Source: Rhizaria sp. SCN 62-66
Lineage: Eukaryota
DNA: 64,000 nt
Assembly: GCA_001724265.1 (NCBI GenBank)
Contig: MEDY01000236.1
Location: 1-64,000 of the forward strand
Direction of reading: 5' to 3'
In this document: one piece after another, positions 1 through 10,574 of the stretch
Position numbering within the stretch: position 1 is the first letter of the stretch
How the letters are laid out: the number at the start of each line of letters is the position of its first letter
Notes under the pieces: generated by a model
What the model was told of the DNA's origin: nothing
The model's database searches: none
What the model saw: the letters and a program-made list of their open reading frames with translations, nothing else
Translations under genes and position numbers: made by a program

Positions 1-2
1 CG

Positions 3-3000
3 GCGAGCGAGGCCGCCGCGGGCGGCTCGGGCTCCGCCACCAGCGCCGCCGCCGCCGCCGCCGAGGCTGCTGCCGAGGCCGCCGCCGCCGCCGCCGAGGC
101 CGCCGCGCTGGCGCCGCCGAACGCGGGCGTGGCGGACCCCGCCAGCAGCACGCTGCCCGTGGTGGCGGCCTCGTCGGCCGTGGCCGTGTTTTTGGCGACG
201 CCGCCGCGCGCGTTGTTCAACCCGTACGCGCGTATCACCACGCTCACTGACCGCGACCCGGAGGCGTTCTTCCCGCCCGCGAACCCGCGCACGGCGATGG
301 CCGCGCTGGCCAAGCAGACCACCGCCGAGGCCGCCGCCGCCGTTGCGGCCGTGGCGCCGTTGCCCGTGGCCACGCCCAAGTCAGCGACGGCGACGACCAC
401 GGCGCTGGCGGCGGCGCGGTCGCTGGGCCGGCTCATCTCGCTCGTGCGCGACGTGCCGCCGTGCGCCGCGGCGGGCTTCCAGGCGATCGAGGACCACATC
501 TACACGTACATCTACGCCGTGGCCGTGACGTTCGCAGGCGATCTTGGCGTCAAGGCGCTGTTCGACATCCCCGTGCGGCCGCCGCGCGTGGGCGCCGCGC
601 TGGCCTCGCAGGACCTGTGGTCCGCCTTCCTCGTCCACGTGTACCCCGTGCTCGCGGGCGTGCTGCAGAGCGTGCGCGCGCGCTTTCCCGCGTCGATGCT
701 TAGCTCCGCGCCGCCCACGCCCAGCGCCAACAGCGGCGGCAGCAGCTCCAACAGCAACATCAGCATCAGCGTCACGGGGGCCGCCGGCGGCAGCGGTGCC
801 GGCGGGAGCGGCCAGGCGCAACAGCCCTCGCCGCGCGGTTCCCCCGCCTTCGGGGCCTCGTCCTCGGCGCGCCCCGGCACCACCACGGCCGCCGACAGCT
901 CGAACCCCTTCTCCTTCGACCTCAACAGTAGCAGCAGCAGCGGACGTGCTTTCCCCTCGACCCCCGCGAGTGCTGGCTCGCAGGCGCGCACCGGCGGCGC
1001 CGCGAGTACCGGCGCGGGCGCCACGGGTTCCGGCCTGTCGAGCAGCTCGAGCGCGGTCGGCGAGACCCCGTCGGGTAAGTCCGCGGCCTCGGCGGCGGCG
1101 TCCCAGGCCGCCAACGCCGTCAAGAACAAGCTCAACTTTTTCAAGAGCAAGCTCACGGGCAAGCCCGACGCGCCCGCGGCCGGCGCCGGCGCTGCTGCGC
1201 CCGGCGGTAGCGGCGGCTTTGGCGGCAAGGACGGCAGCAACCTGCTCTCGCCTACCCCGATGTCTCCTGGCTACGGCAATGCTGACAGTAGCGACCCGGC
1301 GCCGTCCCCGCGCGCGGGCCCCCCCGCGGCGCCCGCGGACGCGCACCCGCACGCGCACGCGCCGCCGGCCGTGGCGCCCTTCGTGGAGCTGGTACTGGTG
1401 AACCTGTCCAGTCCCTCCGCGTTCCACGGCGTGCTGCAGCGCGTGGCCGCCGTGCGCACCGTGCACTTCCTCGCCTTCATCCTGCAGACCGTGCGGCCGC
1501 GGCTCCACGTGCTGCTGCCGCCCGCGCAGCAGGACCGGCTGGCGCTGCTATGCGCCGCCGCCGAGGCCGCGACGCTGGAGCTCACGCAGCTCGTCTTCAC
1601 CGCGCTGCCGCGGCTGCTGCTGGCCACGCACCCGCTGCGCAACCAGGTGCTCGCAGTGCGCTGGGACTCCAAGGCCGCGCCGCAGACACAGAACCACTAC
1701 GTCGACGGGCTCATCGCGGCGTTTTCGATCATCGAGGGCGTGCTTGAAACGCACCCGTCGCTGTTCCCGACGACGTTCAAGCTCGCGCTGCACCGCGGCA
1801 TGCTCGATGAAGCCATCGACATGCTCATCGAGGCCTACAGCGCCATCCCCAAGAGCTCCCACGAGGGCCGCGCGGGCATGTCGCTCGACGCCACTGTCCT
1901 CAAGACCGGCCTCGAGCGCGTGACTAAGATCAAGCCGGTGCCGCGGTGGACCCACGTGGCCGAGTACATCAACGCCTTCTACTTCGACGAGCGCGACTTC
2001 CTGACGTGGATGCGCCGCTCGGCCGACGCCGCCGCCAGCTCGGTCGCGCCCGCGGACCCCTCGGTGCCCCCGCCGAAGCTCTACACACGCGCGCAATACC
2101 TCTCGGTCGCGGAGCTGGGGCCCGGCGCCGTGATGAAGAAGACGCAGAAGGTGCTCTTCGTCAACCACATCCAGGCGCTGCTCGACGACCTGGAGGCCGA
2201 GTCCTCGATGGCCTGCGCCACGGCCTCGTCCACACTCGTCACGGCCGCGCAGGAGCAGCAGCTCAAGCGCCTCGCCATGGGCCTCCCGGTCTCGGTCCGC
2301 GCCGCCGCCGCCGCTGCTGCTGCGGCCGCGGCGGGCGCGGCGGCCGGCGCGGCCACGGCGTCTGAGCTCGCCATCCCCTTCGTGCTCACCGCGGCCGCCG
2401 GCGTCTCCGGCTCCGGCTCCTCCTCGGCCTCCTCTGCTGCCGCCGCCGCCGCCGCCGCCTCTGCAAGCAACAGCCGCCGCGGCTCCGGCTCCGGCGGCGC
2501 TCTTGCCGCAAGCGCTAGCGCCGCGCCCCGCAGCGGGACCGCGACGCCCTCGGCCGCGCGCACTCCCGCGTTTGTGCCACTGACGGGCGCGTCTCCCGCG
2601 CTCGCCGCGCTCGCCGGCAGTGGTAATAATGCGGTGCCGTCCGCGCCGCAGTCGGGCGTGCTGAAGCCGCGCGTCGAGACAGTGCACGACATGGACGCTT
2701 TCTTCGACTCGCACTCGCCCGACCTGGGGCCCAACGTGCCCAAGGCCGCCGGCGCCAACGCCAGCAAGCTCTCTGCCTCCAGTGCGAGCGCCAATGCGAG
2801 TGGTGAGAGTGCGAAGAAGCCCCCCGTGTCGCCCCTGGACGTGGCCATCAGCGCCACTGCCGCCTCCAAGGCCGCCACCGGCGCCAACGGGGCCGAGTGG
2901 GGCCGGCGCAGCGTGGACGAAGGCTTCGACCTGGACGACTTCCTGGGCAGTCCGCTGGCGCAGCAGCAGCTGTCAGCGCAGTCGTCGTCGGTGCAGTCGC

Positions 3001-3173
3001 CGCGATCGCAGCCCGACGCGGCGGCCGCCAAGGGCGGAAACCCCTTCGACGACGACGACGACGACGCCGAGAGTGCAGCCAAGACTGCCGCCGTCGCTGT
3101 CGGCGGCAACCCGTTTGACAGCACGGACCACGTCGACTCGGTTGCCACGGCGCACGAGGACGACATGCCTTAA
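3..3173 (+). CDS. VPS50: Syndetin/VPS50 (EARP complex subunit), 5'-truncated by the window edge, with a long low-complexity C-terminal tail
   Basis: Frame is open from the window start to TAA at 3171-3173. Motifs resemble the Syndetin C-terminal domain: W..K...QNHYVD, LIEAYSAIPKSSHEGRAGMSLD, KPVPRWTHVAEYINAFYFDE. The tail carries NPF motifs. Confidence 0.75.
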   Translation, partial: ASEAAAGGSGSATSAAAAAAEAAAEAAAAAAEAAALAPPNAGVADPASSTLPVVAASSAVAVFLATPPRALFNPYARITTLTDRDPEAFFPPANPRTAMAALAKQTTAEAAAAVAAVAPLPVATPKSATATTTALAAARSLGRLISLVRDVPPCAAAGFQAIEDHIYTYIYAVAVTFAGDLGVKALFDIPVRPPRVGAALASQDLWSAFLVHVYPVLAGVLQSVRARFPASMLSSAPPTPSANSGGSSSNSNISISVTGAAGGSGAGGSGQAQQPSPRGSPAFGASSSARPGTTTAADSSNPFSFDLNSSSSSGRAFPSTPASAGSQARTGGAASTGAGATGSGLSSSSSAVGETPSGKSAASAAASQAANAVKNKLNFFKSKLTGKPDAPAAGAGAAAPGGSGGFGGKDGSNLLSPTPMSPGYGNADSSDPAPSPRAGPPAAPADAHPHAHAPPAVAPFVELVLVNLSSPSAFHGVLQRVAAVRTVHFLAFILQTVRPRLHVLLPPAQQDRLALLCAAAEAATLELTQLVFTALPRLLLATHPLRNQVLAVRWDSKAAPQTQNHYVDGLIAAFSIIEGVLETHPSLFPTTFKLALHRGMLDEAIDMLIEAYSAIPKSSHEGRAGMSLDATVLKTGLERVTKIKPVPRWTHVAEYINAFYFDERDFLTWMRRSADAAASSVAPADPSVPPPKLYTRAQYLSVAELGPGAVMKKTQKVLFVNHIQALLDDLEAESSMACATASSTLVTAAQEQQLKRLAMGLPVSVRAAAAAAAAAAAGAAAGAATASELAIPFVLTAAAGVSGSGSSSASSAAAAAAAASASNSRRGSGSGGALAASASAAPRSGTATPSAARTPAFVPLTGASPALAALAGSGNNAVPSAPQSGVLKPRVETVHDMDAFFDSHSPDLGPNVPKAAGANASKLSASSASANASGESAKKPPVSPLDVAISATAASKAATGANGAEWGRRSVDEGFDLDDFLGSPLAQQQLSAQSSSVQSPRSQPDAAAAKGGNPFDDDDDDAESAAKTAAVAVGGNPFDSTDHVDSVATAHEDDMP

Positions 3174-3546
3174 GCAACCAAGGGACGGACAACCAAGATG
3201 TCTAGGATGACTGACTGGCACGGGCAATGATTCTCTCACTCTCTGGCTTGGCGCAACTGCATGAAGTGAAGTTGAAGTTGAAGTAGACTGCGCTAACATG
3301 AAGATGTCAAGAGCAAAGAGTGCTGACTTTGCTGTCGGATGATTTCTCGTACTGTTTCTTCGGAATATCAACGCAATTATAACACGAATTCATACCAATA
3401 AATCATAATATATTATATTTCTCCTCGACGTTGAAATACATGAATATTGTTTATTGCATCAAATTATGTTGAGAACTGGCCTGGCCAACTTCATCTCAAA
3501 TGATCCCGCATCGCGCGAGACACTTACAGTATGCTCGACCGTGAGC

Positions 3547-5232
3547 TCAGAACTTGGGCATCTGCATGCCGGGGGGCAGCTTCATGCCGGGCGGCAGCTT
3601 GCCCTGGGCCATCTGCGCCATCATGTTCTGCATGCCCTGGGGCCCGCCCATGCGCTGGAGCACGCGCGGGTCGACCATCTTGCTCATGGCCTTCATCATC
3701 TCGGCCTGCTGCGTGGCGCTGGGCTTGCCGCCGGGGCCGCCGCCCATGCCGGGCATGCCGGGCATGCCGGGCATGCCGCCCATGCCGCCCATCATGCCGC
3801 CCATCATGCTCTGCATCATGCTGCCCATGCCGGGCATGCCCATGCCGCCGGGCATGCCGCCAGCGGCGCCGGGCGCGCCACCCATGCCGCCCATGAGCTT
3901 GCTCATGTCCATGCCGCTCTTGGCCATGTTGGACATGCCGCCCGCCATCGCCGAGTAGGGCTTGAACGTCATGAGAACCTCCTCAACATTCTGCAGCGAC
4001 GTGCCCGACCCGCGCGCGACACGCTGGCAGCGCGACGACTGCGTGTTGAAGGGCTTGGTGTCGCCGTCGAGCTCCTTGGGCGTCATCGAGTCCAGGATCG
4101 TCATGAACCGCTTGACGCGCGCCACGGCCTCCTTCTCCTGGCCCTCGCCGAGCTGCATGCCCATCGGCAGCATCGACATGACCTGGTTGAGCGGGCCCAG
4201 CTTGAGGATGTTCTGGAACTGCTCGTGCAGGTCGCGGAAGGTGAACTGCTTGCCCTCAGTCATCTTCTTCATCAGCCCCTGCGACGACTCCATCAGCTTG
4301 TTCTCCTCAAACAGCGTCAGCAGTCCCGTGATGTCGCCCATGCCCAGCAGGCGCGAGACGAAGGACTTGGTGCTGAAGGGCTCGAACTCGGTGATGTGCT
4401 CGCCGGTGCCGATGAAGATGATCGGGCTCTGCGTCGCCGCGACCGCCGAGAGCGCGCCGCCGCCCTTAGCGTGGCCGTCCAGCTTGGTCACGATCACGGA
4501 GCCGACGTCGACGGCGGAGCGGAAGGCCAGCGCCTGGTCCTTGGCCGACTTGCCGATGGAGCCGTCCATGACGAAGACGACGTCGTCGGGGGCACACACC
4601 TTGGCCACCTCCTGCATCTCCTCGAACAGCGCGTCCTCCTGCTTGTGGCGGCCCGACGTGTCGACGACGATGAGGTCGTACTTCTCCGCGCGGAACTTCT
4701 TCACGCCGGCCTCGGCCACCACCACGGGGTCCAGCTCGGTGTAGGAGCCGTAGAACGGGATCTTGGCCTTGGTGGCGTTCTGCTTGAGCTGGTCGAAGGC
4801 GCCCGCGCGGAACGTGTCGGCGCACACGAGCCCGGTCTTCCAGCCGCGCTTCTGGTAGTAGTGCGCGTACTTTGTCACCGTCGTCGTCTTGCCGCAGCCC
4901 TGGAGGCCGACGAACATGACGACGTTGGTCTTGCCCTTCTTGAGCTGGTACGGCGGGCGGCCGCCGGAGTCAAGCAGCGCGTAGAGCTCCTGGATGACCG
5001 TGGAGTGGATCATCTTGCGCAGATTCGCGCCTGCAGCCTCGCGGTCCTTGTTGATCTTGGCCTTGATGTTCTTCTGCAGCTGCACCACGAGCCCCAGCTC
5101 GACGTCGGATGCCAGCAGCGCCTTGGAGATGGCCGAGAGCAGCTGCGTCACGGTGTTGTCGTCGATGTTGACCGCGCGGGTGAGGTTCTGCAGCGCGCCC
5201 GTAAGCTGCGCTCCCAGTTCCGCGAGCACCAT
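3547..5232 (-). CDS. SRP54: Signal recognition particle 54 kDa subunit
   Basis: MVLAELG start; GTPase motifs GLQGCGKTT, DTFRAGAFDQL, DTSGRH, TKLDGHAKGGGALS; M-domain with RVARGSG; Gly/Met-rich tail; TGA stop. Confidence 0.97.
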   Translation of the reverse strand: MVLAELGAQLTGALQNLTRAVNIDDNTVTQLLSAISKALLASDVELGLVVQLQKNIKAKINKDREAAGANLRKMIHSTVIQELYALLDSGGRPPYQLKKGKTNVVMFVGLQGCGKTTTVTKYAHYYQKRGWKTGLVCADTFRAGAFDQLKQNATKAKIPFYGSYTELDPVVVAEAGVKKFRAEKYDLIVVDTSGRHKQEDALFEEMQEVAKVCAPDDVVFVMDGSIGKSAKDQALAFRSAVDVGSVIVTKLDGHAKGGGALSAVAATQSPIIFIGTGEHITEFEPFSTKSFVSRLLGMGDITGLLTLFEENKLMESSQGLMKKMTEGKQFTFRDLHEQFQNILKLGPLNQVMSMLPMGMQLGEGQEKEAVARVKRFMTILDSMTPKELDGDTKPFNTQSSRCQRVARGSGTSLQNVEEVLMTFKPYSAMAGGMSNMAKSGMDMSKLMGGMGGAPGAAGGMPGGMGMPGMGSMMQSMMGGMMGGMGGMPGMPGMPGMGGGPGGKPSATQQAEMMKAMSKMVDPRVLQRMGGPQGMQNMMAQMAQGKLPPGMKLPPGMQMPKF

Positions 5233-5921
5233 CCTGTTGTGGGGTATCAAGAGAGCAAAGGGGTTGTCGTGAGTGCGAGTTCAATTATGGTTGGGGAGTG
5301 TGACGAGGGAAGTTTCGCCCCTCTCTTCAAGCAGGTCACAGTCATAGTATATCATCCCTATATGAAAAACAATTCGCGTATACAAAACCTATCCTTGTCT
5401 AGTTCGTCATACTGCTATAACTACCATATTGACGGCCATCCGAACGCAAGGATATATGTCTTTTGACTCTTCGATGAGTGGTGGTGGTGGTCAGCAGTGG
5501 CGGTCGAGAGGCAGGTCGGTCGGAAAAAATAAATGAATTTGAGGTCCCCTTAGAACTTTCTGGCCAGCCCTTAGCCGAGTCGACCGGGGATGCGCACCTC
5601 ATTTGTATGCGCTCAATTCAGCCTCTTGTAACATTGTGGTTTATCCTTGGGTTGCTTTACTAACCAAAGTATCTATTTTCTTCTTTCAGCGCTCCTGCCG
5701 CGGGGTTCTTTGTCTATTACGAGGGCTCGTTGAGTCCCCGCGGGGTGGTCTCAGCTCTGGGTTGGGCCGCCATCATTCCCACCTTCCCGCAGAGCACTGC
5801 ATGACGTCTGTTTGATGTTTCATATCTTCCCCAGGGTTATCCTAGGTCTAGTCTCACCTCCCTCTCTTGCTCCTCTCTTCCCCGAACTTTCTTTGCTTCG
5901 TCTTCTCGCTTCAAACAGGGA

Positions 5922-6563
5922 ATGCCCATCTCCAAGGTCCGTAAGTTTGTCGCCGACGGTGTCTTCTACGCCGAGCTCAACGAGTTCCTCGTTCGCTCCC
6001 TCGGCAAGGACGGCTACACCGGTGTCGAGGTCCGCCGTACTCCTCTCAAGACCGAGATCGTTATCCGTGCTACCCGCACCCAGAACGTCCTCGGTGAGAA
6101 CGGCCGCCGCATCCGCGAGCTTACCGCCCTCATCCAGTCCCGCTTCAACCTTCCTGAGGGGACTGTCGAGCTCTACGCTGAGCCCATCCGCAACCGCGCT
6201 CTTTCCGCCATTGCCCAGGCTGAGGCCATCCACCTCAAGCTTACCCAGGGCCTTGTCGTCCGTCGTGCTTGCCATGGTGTCATGAAGTACGTGATGGAGA
6301 GCGGCGCCCTCGGCCTCGAGATTGTCATCTCCGGCAAGCTCCGTCAGGCCCGTGCCAAGGCCATGAAGTTCCGTGATGGTTACATGATCAAGGCCGGTGA
6401 CAACTGCCAGTACTACGTCGACAAGGCTATCCGCCACCTCAAGCTCAAGTCCGGTACCCTCGGTATCTACGTCAAGATCATGAAGCCCCACGACCCCACT
6501 GGCCGCAACGGTGTCGCTGTCAAGCGCGCTGACGTTGTCACCATCCTTGAGCCCAAGGCGTAA
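5922..6563 (+). CDS. RPS3: 40S ribosomal protein S3 (uS3)
   Basis: [51 protein letters not shown]. Strong C-ending codon bias; TAA stop. Confidence 0.98.
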   Translation: MPISKVRKFVADGVFYAELNEFLVRSLGKDGYTGVEVRRTPLKTEIVIRATRTQNVLGENGRRIRELTALIQSRFNLPEGTVELYAEPIRNRALSAIAQAEAIHLKLTQGLVVRRACHGVMKYVMESGALGLEIVISGKLRQARAKAMKFRDGYMIKAGDNCQYYVDKAIRHLKLKSGTLGIYVKIMKPHDPTGRNGVAVKRADVVTILEPKA

Positions 6564-7117
6564 GTTGCTCGACTTTACTCCTCAGGTTTCTGCAGCATGA
6601 CCTACCAAATTTAAACCTTGGTGTAATAAAGCATTCCATTCAAAACAACCAAACCAAATTTATTCTCTTCTCTCGTTGCACCTCGGTGACGCAGTCCCTC
6701 TTGCTCGCCTGCTTGTTCGTTATCTTGTTGACATGCTTGAGTAACACCATTGTATTGGTTGCGTAATCCTTCGTTGTTGCGTTTGCTGTGTTAGCTCGTT
6801 TGTTGTCGTTGATCTTGATCTCGGTTAGGTGTTGCTCAGGCTGGTGCAGCAAGACTGAGAGCGGGCGAAGAGGTGAGAACATCGACTCTTTAAAATTGGA
6901 GACTGTTGCATCATGTTATCGTCAATAGAAACATAACTCGATGACAATGACTCATACGTAGCTAACATTATTTCACTCTTTTAACGACTCTTCAATCGAT
7001 GTATAACAGGTTTTCTGTGCACTTTCGGTAGCCTTCATTACACCGCAGTCCAGCACTTTCCTTCAGTCACTCTTGTTTGAGGCCCGCGCGCGGCCCTGCT
7101 CACTCATATCTCCTAGG

Positions 7118-8712
7118 ATGCGTTTCCACGCCCAAACGCTCCTTGCATATGCGGTAGTTGCACTCGCCGTGCTAAGCACGTTCCCGGCCCCGGCCTACGC
7201 CGCTTCCCCCGAGCGCTCTGGCCTCGCAGCACTGAACAAGCCAACAGCGGCGGCGGCAGCGAACGCAGCTAAGAACCCCGCTCCAGTCTCTCACAGCACT
7301 GAGGCCGCTGTGCACGGCACTAACGACGATGATGGAGACAATGACGACCCCGGCGCCGCGTCCCGCGCCCACTACGCCGCCGCCGTGGCCGCCTCGCAGC
7401 CCGCTCCGCGCCTCACCGTCGTGCCGCCCCACGTCCTCGCGCTCGCCGACTGCGACCTTCAGCGCTCCGCCCTGGCGCGCCACATCATCGAAACGGAGCT
7501 CCTCCCTGAGGTTACCGCCTCGGGCTACGCTTGGCCCGCGGCGTGTCCGTTCAACCCCGCGCTGGATGCGCTGGCGCCCTTCCGCAGCGAGCGCAAGCGC
7601 CACGCCTCCGGCACACACTACTGCAAGCTGTGCTCGCGCCACTTCCAGTCTGCGTGGCACCTGGAGCGGCACTTCCTCCGCGCGCACGCCGCCTTTGTCC
7701 CCGCGACCGCGCGCGTGTGCCTCGCGGACCACTGCGACCTGCTCGACTGCGCCGGTCTCGCCGCCAGTGACCCCGACCTCGCCGCGGGTCTCACCACGGC
7801 GCCGTCCACGGCGCGCACGCGCGCGAGCGCCGCAGCGACTGAGAAAGCCGCGGCCGCCGCCGCCCGGGCCGCACAGGCGGCGACGGAGACGGGGTACGAG
7901 CCCGACGCGGAGACGGCGGCCGTGCTGGCGCTGGCGGCGCGGCCGTCGGCGGGGCTGGTGCGGCCGCGCGAGACGGCGTTCGCGGCCACGCGCGGACCCT
8001 ACGAGCCGGGACACTGCGGGGACTTCTCGCCCGCGTACTGCTTGCGCGTGGTTGACCTGTGCTTTCCCGCGGCGGCGTCTGCGGATGCGACGCGGCTTAA
8101 CTTGATCTTTTCGCAGCAACTCTGCGCGCAACACCGGTGCGCTGCGGCGGCTGCGGCGGCTGCATCTCCTCACGGTCACTCCTCCACCGCTGCCGGTGCT
8201 GCTGGAGCGACTGCGCCATGGTGGGATATGGGTTTGAGCGCGCTGCTGACCCCGTCGCGCTGGCATGCGGCTGCAGATGACGCTGATCTCGCCTCGGGGC
8301 TCTACCAGGTACGATGCGCAACAACTTGAACATTCACTTGAATGTTTATTATATCTTTTAAAAACATGCCTTGAATCGTATTATGTGTATTATAGTATAT
8401 AATCTTTGAATAATTGTATACTAACTGCGAGCTATCTTCTTTTACGAATGCTGATGTGCTTATCCGTGCTTTTGTGAACAGTCTGATGTCCGTGCGCTGT
8501 CGCGGCCTGTGCGCCGTGCTGCGAAGGCTGGTGCCGGACTCTGGGCCCGCATGGCATCCATTGCAACTGCCTTTGTTGCTGTGGCCGTTGCCCTCGCATA
8601 CTTTGGTTTGGCTTTTATTGGATTTGACGCCTTTGCGGGTCGCAGGGAACAGGAGCTGTACAGGCCTCCTCCTCCAGTACGTACTGCTTCACCTCAATCA
8701 CGTCAATATTGA
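7118..8712 (+). CDS. Signal-peptide, Cys-rich C2H2-like zinc-finger membrane protein; 2 exons (7118-8308, 8482-8712)
   Basis: Hydrophobic N-terminus; CKLCSRHF...LERHFLRAH then CLADHCDLLDC. The GTACGA...CAG intron keeps the frame into a C-terminal TM segment; TGA stop. Confidence 0.7.
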
Positions 8713-9572
8713 TCAAATAATGGACAGACACTGACTCATCATTTTTCAAAACAATGCTCTCATGCGTCTTCATGTGTGATTTTCTTGTTCTCGTGTCTGT
8801 TTTGACCAATTTGTTTTGCTCCCCATTGTTTGCATAGAGTCTTGTCACGCGCGCACCTGGGGCTCACCGCCCGCCACGCCGTGGGGACTGAGATATAACC
8901 AGTGTCTGTTGCGTTGTGTTGGACTAATGCAATACTAAGAGTTACATAGCTTAATATTCCACTCACAAATACAGTTTGTGCTAATTCGATTTGCTCTTTC
9001 AACTCGACAGTCACGTTTGCATGCTGAGTCTCAGAATACTGAGTAGAAAGTGAACAAATGAAGGTATCTTTGCCTCAAATGCACATATTAAAAAACATGT
9101 CGGCGCTGTTTTGTTTCGATAACGTTGGCTGGGAATTAAAAGTTAGATGATACTGTGACTGTGATAGAGATAGAGTCAATTTCATTTCAAGTCACGCAGG
9201 AAAGATCGCAATGAACATGTAAGTCTTCTTTGTATTTGGTTAAGACAGTGAAGTGAGACACTCTTGCTATTAAACCTCAATAGCGGCTAGCAAGAGAACA
9301 AAATATCGGATCATCATCAGCATGATCACCAAAGTTGAAAATAATTAAGAGTCAGTCCTTTGCTTTTTAAGCTCACTGCTTGTAACAGTTGCAGTCAAGC
9401 AAAGTGAGGACGTAGATCAACTTAGATTTAGTTGTGTTTGTTCTAAGTTAAAACGTAGTGCGTGAGAGTGTATCAGTGCTAACTCTCCTTCGCACAACTT
9501 ACATCTGACTGGTGCCGAGTCGAGTTGACGGAACGAAGTCAAACTCGCAGCAAGTCTTGCTGGCCCACGTAC

Positions 9573-10574
9573 TTAGAGGCTCATGAGCTGGCCGTTCTCG
9601 CAGCGGTACTCGCTCTCACGGTAGCATGCCTCGCCGCAAGCCTGCTCCCCCAGAGGGCACATCTTGTTGCCCTCGAGGCAGACGTGGCGGTCGTCCAGGG
9701 GCACGCCGCCGCAGAAGCGGCCGGTGTCGTGCACGAGTTCAGCGCCACCGAGATTCTGGCCCTGCGCCTGGATCGGCGCAGTCTGGGCCTGGCTCTGGAT
9801 AGGCGCGGCCTGTGCTTGGCTCTGGATAGGCGCAGCCTGGGCCTGGGCCTGCACGGGCAGAGCCTGGGCCTGAGCCTGCGACTGCACGGGCAGAGGAGCA
9901 GACTTGATGGGCATGGCGCCCTTGAAAGCCTTGACGGGCGCAGCCTTGACGGGCGCGGCCTGCTGCTGCTGCTGCTGCTGCTGCAGAATCGGCGCAGCCT
10001 TGACAGTTGCAGTCTTAGTGTACGACTTGATGGGGGCCGACTTGATCGGCATGGCGCCCTTGACCGGCGCGGCCTTGACGGCCTGAGCCTGCTCCTGGAA
10101 CTGCTGCACAGGAGCGGACTTGATGGGCATCGCGCCCTTAGCGGCCTTCACAGGCGCAGCCTGAGCCTGAGCCTGGAACTGCTGCTGAACAGGCGCAGCC
10201 TTCAGCGTCGTCTTGACGGCCGCAGCCTTGACGGGCGCGGCCTGCGCCTGAGCCTGGAACTGCTGCTGCACGGGCGCAGCCTTGAGCACAGGCGCAGCCT
10301 TGACGGGGGCAGACTTGAGAATGGGCGCCGACTTAACAGCAGCGGCCTTAATAGGCGCAGCTTGGGCCTGGGCCTGGAACTGTTGCTGGACAGGCGCGGC
10401 CTTGACGGGCATGGGGGCACTCTTGAGCACAGGAGCAGCCTTGGTGGCCTTAAGAATAGGCGCAGTCTGCTGCTGAACAGGCGTCGCCTGCTGAATCGGC
10501 ATCGCCTGCTGCTGCTGCTGATCAGCAGACGACACAGCGACCACGGCGGCGAGGACGGCAAGAGCGAAGCGCAT
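9573..10574 (-). CDS. Secreted Q/A/P/K-rich repetitive protein with a C-terminal Cys-rich CBM52-like module
   Basis: Signal peptide MRFALAVLAAVVAVSSA; KAAPV, KSAP and QAQAQ repeats; CPLGEQACGEACYRESEYRCENGQL; TAA stop. Confidence 0.75.
   Translation of the reverse strand: MRFALAVLAAVVAVSSADQQQQQAMPIQQATPVQQQTAPILKATKAAPVLKSAPMPVKAAPVQQQFQAQAQAAPIKAAAVKSAPILKSAPVKAAPVLKAAPVQQQFQAQAQAAPVKAAAVKTTLKAAPVQQQFQAQAQAAPVKAAKGAMPIKSAPVQQFQEQAQAVKAAPVKGAMPIKSAPIKSYTKTATVKAAPILQQQQQQQQAAPVKAAPVKAFKGAMPIKSAPLPVQSQAQAQALPVQAQAQAAPIQSQAQAAPIQSQAQTAPIQAQGQNLGGAELVHDTGRFCGGVPLDDRHVCLEGNKMCPLGEQACGEACYRESEYRCENGQLMSL

Noticed and set aside
3454-5466. Long antisense and alternate-frame ORFs (e.g. 3454-5466, 42190-44562, 62096-63697)
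   Set aside because: Shadows of GC-rich, codon-biased genes on the other strand; no recognisable motifs.
6561-6563. Ciliate-type code with both UAA and UAG as Gln
   Set aside because: TAA terminates conserved genes at their expected ends (RPS3, COX6B, CLYBL, cold-shock protein). The only TAA cutting a conserved frame short is the one created by the RPL36A deletion.
8856-8945. TPP-riboswitch-like GGGGACTGAGATATAACC
   Set aside because: The downstream ACCTGAT and closing elements are absent and there is no thiamine gene nearby.
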